From Desulfobacula sp. (lineage in GTDB: Bacteria; Desulfobacterota; Desulfobacteria; Desulfobacterales; Desulfobacteraceae), in NCBI GenBank assembly GCA_023701135.1, contig JAMPXP010000018.1, positions 42,286 through 106,285 on the forward strand: 64,000 nt of DNA, read 5' to 3'. Both the position numbers and the translations under genes were made by a program. The notes under the pieces are model-generated. The model saw only the letters and a list, made by a program, of their open reading frames with translations. It did no database searches and was not told where the DNA came from. This document shows positions 57,204-64,000 of this stretch, piece after piece; within the stretch, counting starts at the first letter, position 1; each line of letters opens with the position of its first letter.

Positions 57204-59963
57204 ATGCCGATTCTCAGCATTAACCATAATAGCCTGGAATTCCAGCCGGGCATGACCATTCTGGAAGTGGCCCGGAAAAACAATATCCATATCCCGACCC
57301 TGTGCCATTTGGCCGGTTGCACGCCCACGGGCCAGTGCCGGATCTGCGTGGTGGAAGTGGGCGGGACCGACGAGCTTTTACCGGCCTGCGAGACCCCGGC
57401 CGGTGAAGGCATGAAGATCATGACCCACAGCCCCGGGGTTCATGAAGCCAGGAAAACCATCATCGAGATGCTGGTGGCCTCCGGAGCCCATAACTGCCTG
57501 GTCATGCAATCTCCGGCCGATTCCTGGAATTCCGACCAGAAGGGCATCATGGAACAGCCATGGCACGGCGGCCTTTGCCCGGCCTATGGTGACTGCCGCC
57601 TCCAGGACCTGGCCGTTGAATACGATGTGCATGTAAAAGAGGACCATCTGGCCTGGGAAGGCCATCCCCTGGATGACGCCACTCCCATCATTGTAAGGGA
57701 TTTTTCCCGGTGCATCCTCTGCGGCCGGTGTGTTCAGGCCTGCAACGACGTCCAAGTCAACCTGGCCATTACCCCGCCCTGGGGCCGCCGGGCCGACCAT
57801 CCGGAAGGCTGGTATCCGGCTGCGGATTACGAGGCCTGCACCCATTGCGGGGAATGTGTCCAGGCCTGTCCGGTGGGCGCCCTGTTTGACCGGAAGAGTT
57901 TCGGAAAAGCCCTGGCCAACGAGATGGACCACATCCGGACCACCTGCCCCTATTGCGGGGTGGGCTGCCAGCTCCTGCTCCACGTCAAGGACGGAAAAAT
58001 CCTCAAGGTCACGGGGGTGGAAGACGGATCTCCCAACAAGGGCAGACTCTGCGTCAAAGGCCGGTTCGGCTTTGATTTCATTTATTCCGAAGAACGGCTG
58101 ACAAGCCCTTTGATCAAGGAAAACGGAGAATTCAGGAAAGCCTCCTGGGATGAGGCCCTGGACCTGGTGGCCCAAAAATTTACAACCATCATCCAAGAAA
58201 GCGGTCCCGACGCCCTGGCCGGGGTTTCCTGCGCCAGGAGCATCAACGAAGACTCCTACCAGATGCAGAAACTGTTCAGGGCCGTGTTCAAAACCAATAA
58301 TATTGATCACTGCGCCCGAACGTGACATGCCCCGTCTGTCGCCGGGCTGGCGACCACATTCGGATCAGGCGCCATGACCAATTCCTTTTCGGAATTTGCC
58401 AAGGCAAAACTCTTTCTGGTCATCGGGTCCAATATGACCGAGGCCCATCCCGTGGCCGCCACCTTTTTGAAAAATGCGGTGCAAAACGGGGCCCGGCTCA
58501 TCGTGGTGGACCCCAGGAAACACAGGCTCACGGATTTTGCCGATATCCATCTCCAGTTAAAGGTCGGCTGTGATATCGCCCTTCTCAACGGCATCATGCA
58601 TGTGCTGATCAAAGAAGATCTCTATGACAAGGATTTTGCCCTGAACAAATGCACCGGGTTCGAGGCCCTGGAAAAAACCGTTGCCGAATATCCACCACAG
58701 CGGGCTGCGGAAATCTCCGGAGTGGATGAAGACACCATTATCCGGACGGCCCGGCTCCTGGCCTCCATCAAACCGGCCATGGCCTGTTATACCCTGGGCA
58801 TTACCGAGCACACCTGCGGAAAAAACAATGTCATGACCGTTGCCAATCTTCAGATGCTCCTCGGCAACCTGGGCATGGAACTGGGCGGGGTCAATCCCCT
58901 CAGGGGCCAGAACAATGTCCAGGGCGCCTGTGACATGGGAGCCCTGCCCAATGTATTCCCCGGCTACCAGAGGGTGGATGACCCGGCGGCAAGGAAAAAA
59001 TTCGAGTCGGCCTGGCAGGTGACGGATCTTCCGGACAAGCCGGGCCTCATGATTCCCGAGATGATGCACGGCCTGACCAACGGCAAGGTCCGGGGGTTTT
59101 ATATCTTCGGCGAAAACCTGGCCAACACGGAACCGGATATGAACAAGGTGGCTGAGGAACTTTCTTCGGCCGAATTCATCGTGTGCCAGGATCTCTTTCT
59201 CACGGAAACCACCCGGTTCGCCCATGTGGTGTTGCCGGCGGCGGCCTGGAGTGAAAACAACGGCACCTTTACCAACAGCGAACGACGGGTGAGCCGGGTC
59301 CGCACGGCCAGCCCGCCCCCGGGCCAGGCCAAACCCAACTGGTGGATATTCAAGGAAATTGCAAAGCGCTTCGGCCATGACTGGCCCTCCTCCAGCGGCA
59401 AAGAATTATGGGACAATGAAATCAGCATCCTGGCCCCGGCCCTGGGCGGCATCAAATACGGCCGCATTGAACAGGACGGCCTTCAATGGCCCTGCCCCAC
59501 CCCGGATCATCCCGGCACCGCCTTCCTGCACAAGGATGGGAATTTCACCCACGGCAAGGGCGTTTTCATGCCTGCCGACTGGACTCCCCCGGCCGAAGTG
59601 CCCGATGCCCAATACCCCTTTGTCCTCAGCACGGGAAGAAGGCTTTACCATTACCACACCCGGACCCAGACCGGCCGGTGCGATGGGCTCAATGACCTTC
59701 TGGGGGAAGAACGGGCCGATATTTCCCAGACCGACGCCGCGCAACTGGGCATCACCCAAGGAGAGCGCATCCGGGTGAAATCCCGGCGGGGGGAGGTCTG
59801 CGTCACCACCCATGTCACACCGGAAGTGCCGCCGGGAATGGTCTGGATGGCCTTTCATTTTACAGAAGGCAATGCCAACTGGCTCACCCACGCCGCCCTT
59901 GATCCCTTTACCCTGACGGCGGAATACAAGGCCTGCGCGGTTCAGCTTGAAAAAATAACCTGA
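57204..59963 (+). CDS. fdhA: Selenocysteine-containing Mo/W-bisPGD formate dehydrogenase alpha subunit (TGA 58323-58325 = Sec)
   Basis: ORFs 57174-58325 and 58374-59963 are in frame. Readthrough gives [30 protein letters not shown]. Also 2Fe-2S and 2x4Fe-4S motifs, CPYCGVGC, LRGQNNVQGACDMG, TNSERR, EYKACAV. Confidence 0.93.
58326..58354 (+). promoter_or_regulatory. Bacterial SECIS element
   Basis: Stem GTCGCC(58338-43)-GGGCT-GGCGAC(58349-54) begins 12 nt after the UGA, the geometry known for bacterial fdh SECIS. Confidence 0.8.
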
Positions 59964-59971
59964 TCCGGGGT

Positions 59972-60763
59972 TTACTGCCGGAACCGCCCCAGAACCGGGT
60001 AATGGTCCGACGGGTAGCGGCCGGAAAAAGAATCCGTGATGATCTTTCTTTGGCGCAGTTCCATCCCGCGGTACAGGATCCAGTCAATATGTTCCAGGGT
60101 TTCTTCCCCCCTGAATTGATGAAAGGTGGTGGCATGCCCCTTGTCAAAGACTTCGGCGAACCCCTCTGCCCTGAAGACGGCATCGGCTTTTCCGCCGGGG
60201 TTTGCATTAAAATCCCCGGTGATGACCACGGGGCAGTCCGGCGGAAAGTCGGACAAAAAATCCATGACCAAATGGGCGCTTTTTTCCTGAACGGCCTCGT
60301 CAAAATCAAAATGGGTATTGACCATAATGATCCTGCGGGAATCCTTTTCAAAAAGACCGATGACGCATTGCCGGGGCCATTTGCTGCCCGGCAGCCGGGA
60401 TTCGGCCTGGGGTGTATCGCTGATGAAATGATGCCCGTGCCTCAGGCAGGTCCAGGATTTGTGGTAAAAGATCAGATTGCTCTGCCACCGCTCCCTGTCG
60501 GGATTGTGCCAGCCGATGACATCATGACCGTCCAAATTATTTATCAAAAACCGGGTCTGGAAATGATTGGCCTCCTGGATGCCCAGAAAGCTTGCCGGAT
60601 ACCGCTTGAGCACCTCGGCAAACATAGCTTCCCTGTTTTGCCATGCGTTTTCCCCGTCCTCGGCCAGGCCGAACCTAAGATTCATGGTCATGACGGAGAA
60701 TTCATTTTCCTGTGGAAATCCGGTTTCCGCCATTTCCGCCTCCGGGGGGTCTGCTGTCTTCAC
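59972..60763 (-). CDS. Endonuclease/exonuclease/phosphatase (EEP) family hydrolase
   Basis: MTMNLR, GIQEA, VNTHFD, TGDFNA, IDWILY, YPSDHYPV. Confidence 0.9.
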   Translation of the reverse strand: MKTADPPEAEMAETGFPQENEFSVMTMNLRFGLAEDGENAWQNREAMFAEVLKRYPASFLGIQEANHFQTRFLINNLDGHDVIGWHNPDRERWQSNLIFYHKSWTCLRHGHHFISDTPQAESRLPGSKWPRQCVIGLFEKDSRRIIMVNTHFDFDEAVQEKSAHLVMDFLSDFPPDCPVVITGDFNANPGGKADAVFRAEGFAEVFDKGHATTFHQFRGEETLEHIDWILYRGMELRQRKIITDSFSGRYPSDHYPVLGRFRQ

Positions 60764-60778
60764 CCGTCCCGGTTCCCC

Positions 60779-60982
60779 TTATTTTTCCCGCCTGCGAAGC
60801 ACGGTAACCGTTTCTCCCCCGACTCCCCAATTGTCCGTATCCACTTCGTCAATGACCACAAAGGTGGTTTTCGGATTTTTCCCCAGGACCCTGAAAAGCA
60901 GATCCGTGGCGCCTTTGATCAGCTCGGCCTTCTGCTCTGCGGTCACTCCTTCATTTGTAATTTTGATGTTCACATAGGGCAT
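60779..60982 (-). CDS. 4-oxalocrotonate tautomerase family protein
   Basis: (M)PYVNIK with catalytic Pro1; QKAELIKG, IDEVDTDNWGVGG; AAGGAG RBS. Confidence 0.92.
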   Translation of the reverse strand: MPYVNIKITNEGVTAEQKAELIKGATDLLFRVLGKNPKTTFVVIDEVDTDNWGVGGETVTVLRRREK

Positions 60983-61048
60983 TGTCGTCTCCTTTGAATT
61001 GTAATGTTAAACAATGACGTTCTCAAACATCTGAACAGGTTTTGCTGA

Positions 61049-61092
61049 TGTCACAAGTCTTGTCATAAGTTTGTCATAAGTTTGTCATAAGT
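61049..61092 (+). repeat. 11-bp direct repeat array (TTGTCATAAGT x3 plus one degenerate copy), Pho-box-like
   Basis: Exact copies at 61060-70, 61071-81 and 61082-92; degenerate TGTCACAAGT at 61049. Confidence 0.85.
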
Positions 61093-61309
61093 TTCCGTCA
61101 TCAGGTGCCGCAAGTTTGTACCCTTAAAAATCGGCCATTCGTTCGACAATTCCGGTCTCTTTGGCATGATCACGGCGGATGACAACCGCATGGAAAGCAA
61201 GAGAATGACAATCCCTCATCCTGAATAAAAAATTTCATATCACTGTTTTTAGGAGTACGCAAAGCTTAAATTGACTTATTCTGAATTCCCCCGGCGTTTC
61301 ACAAAAAAA

Positions 61310-61753
61310 TTATTTTTTTTGGACGGGGGAGGAGAACACAATGGCGGTTTTGGTCTCTCCGAAGCGGCCCAGTTTTTGAACCAGGGTGTTCAATTGGGGG
61401 ATGGAGCCCGAGACCACTTTCAGGAGCAAAGATTCATGGCCGCTGATATGATGGCATTCAAGGATTTCTTCTTGTTTTCCGGCAAAGGCGTAAATTTTCG
61501 GATAATTCTCCGGCCGGGTGGTCAAGGTGATAAAGGCCATGATGTCCCGGCCGAAGACACCGGGGTTGATGTCCGCATGATAGCCCCTGATGATGCCGGC
61601 TGCCTCCATTTTATACACCCGGTCCGCCACGGCGGGCGAGGACAGCCCCACCCGTCTGCCGATTTCACTGAAACCGGATCGGGCATTCTTCTCAAGTTCC
61701 CGCAGGATGTTCATGCCGATGGCGTCCACCGGACTTTCAAATTTAGCCTTCAT
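61310..61753 (-). CDS. Lrp/AsnC family transcriptional regulator
   Basis: NARSGFSEIGRRVGLSSPAVADRV..GIIRGY, ECHHISG. Confidence 0.93.
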   Translation of the reverse strand: MKAKFESPVDAIGMNILRELEKNARSGFSEIGRRVGLSSPAVADRVYKMEAAGIIRGYHADINPGVFGRDIMAFITLTTRPENYPKIYAFAGKQEEILECHHISGHESLLLKVVSGSIPQLNTLVQKLGRFGETKTAIVFSSPVQKK

Positions 61754-61880
61754 TGCCCGTCATTCCTTAAATTATTAATCCCACGCCCTTTTTAAACTTA
61801 AAACCGCCCTTTTCTCATCGGGTGTGATCCTATATCATAATGGACAATTAAGAATGATTCAATTTTAAATGAGGAATAAA

Positions 61881-62504
61881 ATGATACCCTTGCTGAACGG
61901 AATGCTGACCGGTTTGTTTCTTCAATTGGCCCTGGGACCCGTATTTTTCTATATTCTCGGAATCACCGTCGAGAGCATTTACATCAACAGCCTGTCCGGC
62001 ATCCTGGCCGTCACCCTTGCCGATTATATTTATATTGTCCTCTCCCTCATCGGGATCGGCAGATTGCTTCAGGAAGATAAAATAAAAAAAATCTTCGGGA
62101 TCATCAGCTCCATCATCCTGATCCTCTTCGGAGTAATGATTTTATATAAGGGACTGGTCTTTATCAATGACCCCGGACAGGCCGGGGGTGCTGCATGGAC
62201 CCCCTTTCGCAGCTTTACCTCCTGCTTTGTATTGACCCTGTCCAGCCCGCTGACCATCGTCTTCTGGAGCAGTGTATTTTCCGCCAAGGCCATTGAAAAA
62301 AATTATAAAAAGAAACAACTGGTGATATTTGGAATCGGCACCGGTTTGTCCACCTTTCTTTTTTTATCTTTCAGCATGATGATCCTGTCTTTATTAAAAT
62401 CCAATATCCCGGACTTGATGGTACAGGTTTTAAACTGTATTGTGGGTTTTGTGTTAATCTATTATGGAATCACCAGAACGGTCAAAACCATAAAAAACAG
62501 ATAG
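61881..62504 (+). CDS. LysE-family amino acid translocator
   Basis: LALGPV, LADYIY, LSSPLTIVFW; divergent from Lrp; GAGG RBS before ATG 61881 (61869 is an alternative start). Confidence 0.85.
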   Translation: MIPLLNGMLTGLFLQLALGPVFFYILGITVESIYINSLSGILAVTLADYIYIVLSLIGIGRLLQEDKIKKIFGIISSIILILFGVMILYKGLVFINDPGQAGGAAWTPFRSFTSCFVLTLSSPLTIVFWSSVFSAKAIEKNYKKKQLVIFGIGTGLSTFLFLSFSMMILSLLKSNIPDLMVQVLNCIVGFVLIYYGITRTVKTIKNR

Positions 62505-62515
62505 GGAAGATACCC

Positions 62516-63130
62516 ATGAAAACCGATTTATCAATCCACTGCCTGAATGTCGGGGACTTTGCCGTCAACACCTATATTGTGGCCTGCCCTGAAACCCGGG
62601 AAGGGGTGATCATTGATCCCGGCGGCGAGGATGAAAAAATCATCCGGGTGATCAATGACAACAAAATCCTTCCCCGGTATATCATCAATACCCACGGGCA
62701 CCGGGACCATGTCCACGGCAATGCTTCCCTGTCCCGCCACTACAGGATTTCCACGGCCATGCATGTGGCGGATCAAGCCTTTTATAAAGAGAAAAACCTT
62801 GCCATAGATATCGGCCTTCATGATGGGGATATCCTGACCGTGGGCAGCCTTGACATCAAGGTGATTCACACCCCCGGCCATACGCCCGGGTCCGTCTGCC
62901 TGTATGTGGGCGACTGCCTTTTCTCCGGGGATACCCTGTTTGTGGGAAATGCGGGACGGACGGATCTCCCCGGCGGAGACCTGGACACCCTCATCCGTTC
63001 CATCCAGGAACGGATCATTGTCCTGCCCCCGGAGACCCGCCTTTATCCGGGCCATGATTACGGGCCCACCCCCTTTTCGACCCTGGGCAGGGAGATAAAA
63101 GAAAATATCTATATCACGGATTTTATGTGA
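62516..63130 (+). CDS. Metallo-beta-lactamase-fold hydrolase (glyoxalase II-like)
   Basis: THGHRDH, TPGHTPG, GDTLF, PGHDYG. Confidence 0.92.
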   Translation: MKTDLSIHCLNVGDFAVNTYIVACPETREGVIIDPGGEDEKIIRVINDNKILPRYIINTHGHRDHVHGNASLSRHYRISTAMHVADQAFYKEKNLAIDIGLHDGDILTVGSLDIKVIHTPGHTPGSVCLYVGDCLFSGDTLFVGNAGRTDLPGGDLDTLIRSIQERIIVLPPETRLYPGHDYGPTPFSTLGREIKENIYITDFM

Positions 63131-63269
63131 GCCTTTCCGTCCATCCCTGAAATCACCCTTTCATCCCTTTTTTTTGTCCCTTCGTCTCACCGGCGTTGAA
63201 GCCCTTCCTTTGTTTCGTCTATGATCCCGTTCAACACATGGACATATCCTTTATTCAACAGGAGGAAGA

Positions 63270-63953
63270 ATGAAACTCATAGAACTGCAACGCATCACCA
63301 AGCATTACCATCTGGGCCAAACCCCCATGACGGCCCTGAAAGACGTCAGCCTCAGTTTTGACAAGGGCGAGTTCACGGCGGTCTGGGGCCCTTCCGGGTC
63401 CGGGAAAACCACCCTTTTAAACCTCATCGGCACCATTGACGAACCCAGTTCCGGAAAGGTTCTCATCCATGGGGAGGATGTGTCAAAAATGTCCGACAAC
63501 CGGAAATCCGAATACCGGAACAAAAAGATCGGGTTTATTTTCCAGAATTTCAATCTGATCCCGGTCCTGAACGCTCTTGAAAACGTCATGCTGCCCTTGC
63601 AGATCCGGAATGAAAAAACCCGGTCGGCCAAATCCAGGGCCATGGACCGGCTCAGCCAGGTGGGTCTGGAACACCTGGCCCTGAACCGGCCGGACATGAT
63701 GTCCGGGGGCCAGCGCCAGCGGGTGGCCATTGCCCGGGCCCTGGTCACGGACCCGGAAGTGGTGGTCGCCGACGAACCCACGGCCAACCTGGACCTGGCC
63801 ACCTCCATGGGCATCATGGACATCATGCAGAAACTCAACCAGAGCGAAGGCGCCACCTTTTTGTTTTCCACCCATGACCAGAGGCTGCTGGACCGCATGA
63901 CCCGGCTGGTGAGGCTTGAAGACGGCTGCATTGCAGATGGGCCCGCAAATTAA
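63270..63953 (+). CDS. ABC transporter ATP-binding protein (LolD/MacB-like)
   Basis: GPSGSGKT, MSGGQRQRVAIARAL, ADEPTANLD, STHD. Confidence 0.93.
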   Translation: MKLIELQRITKHYHLGQTPMTALKDVSLSFDKGEFTAVWGPSGSGKTTLLNLIGTIDEPSSGKVLIHGEDVSKMSDNRKSEYRNKKIGFIFQNFNLIPVLNALENVMLPLQIRNEKTRSAKSRAMDRLSQVGLEHLALNRPDMMSGGQRQRVAIARALVTDPEVVVADEPTANLDLATSMGIMDIMQKLNQSEGATFLFSTHDQRLLDRMTRLVRLEDGCIADGPAN

Positions 63954-63965
63954 AGGAGAAACATC

Positions 63966-64000
63966 ATGAATATTTTCACACACTGGATCAAACTGGCCTT
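63966..64000 (+). CDS. Start of the next gene (probably an ABC permease; 3' truncated by the window)
   Basis: AAGGAG RBS then MNIFTHWIKLA..., directly after the ABC ATPase. Confidence 0.55.
   Translation, partial: MNIFTHWIKLA

Noticed and set aside
57378-58328. 316-aa minus-strand ORF
   Set aside because: Antisense shadow of the GC-rich fdhA; no recognisable motifs.
58322-58573. 83-aa + strand ORF spanning the fdhA TGA (possible frameshift explanation)
   Set aside because: Different frame with no FDH similarity; the conserved sequence continues in the original frame, so Sec readthrough explains the stop.
60002-60997. 331-aa + strand ORF
   Set aside because: Antisense to the EEP hydrolase and tautomerase, both of which have clear family motifs.
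61060-61092. Possible CRISPR or mini-array
   Set aside because: Repeats are 11 bp, contiguous and without spacers; no cas genes nearby.
61271-61795. 174-aa + strand ORF
   Set aside because: Antisense shadow of the Lrp/AsnC gene.

Overview
A 64-kb chromosomal window whose gene content suggests an anaerobic, probably sulfate-reducing deltaproteobacterium (Desulfobacteraceae-like; inference). It has five blocks. (1) 1-23 kb is a signalling/metabolic cluster with two TauE/SafE permeases, two PEP-synthase-like dikinases that lack the pyruvate-binding barrel, a Pat-type acyl-CoA ligase/GNAT fusion, AcuA- and AcuB-like proteins, four adjacent USP genes, two-component proteins and several sigma54 (-24/-12) promoters. 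(2) 23-42 kb covers ion homeostasis: trkAH, a Mrp/Mnh Na+/H+ antiporter operon with three D-type subunits and an unannotated 45-aa ORF, two stand-alone cNMP-binding proteins, receivers/kinases and an NhaD-like antiporter. (3) 42-49 kb is an AT-richer block (TetR, TRAP dctPQM, oadG-like small ORF, oadB) flanked by two internally deleted pseudogenes and an orphan ModE box. (4) 49-60 kb is a Mo/W locus: truncated ModE, FmdE, MoeA-like protein, modABC, a purple-acid-phosphatase-like protein, and a selenocysteine formate dehydrogenase (in-frame TGA at 58323-58325 plus SECIS hairpin) paired with an SfrB/GltD-like flavoprotein. Three ModE-type operators occur across blocks 3 and 4. (5) 60-64 kb holds an EEP hydrolase, a tautomerase, a Pho-box-like 11-bp repeat array, Lrp/LysE, an MBL hydrolase and the start of an ABC system. 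I recognised no rRNA, tRNA, CRISPR array or transposase. All family assignments come from motifs read by eye and remembered family sequences; no searches were run.
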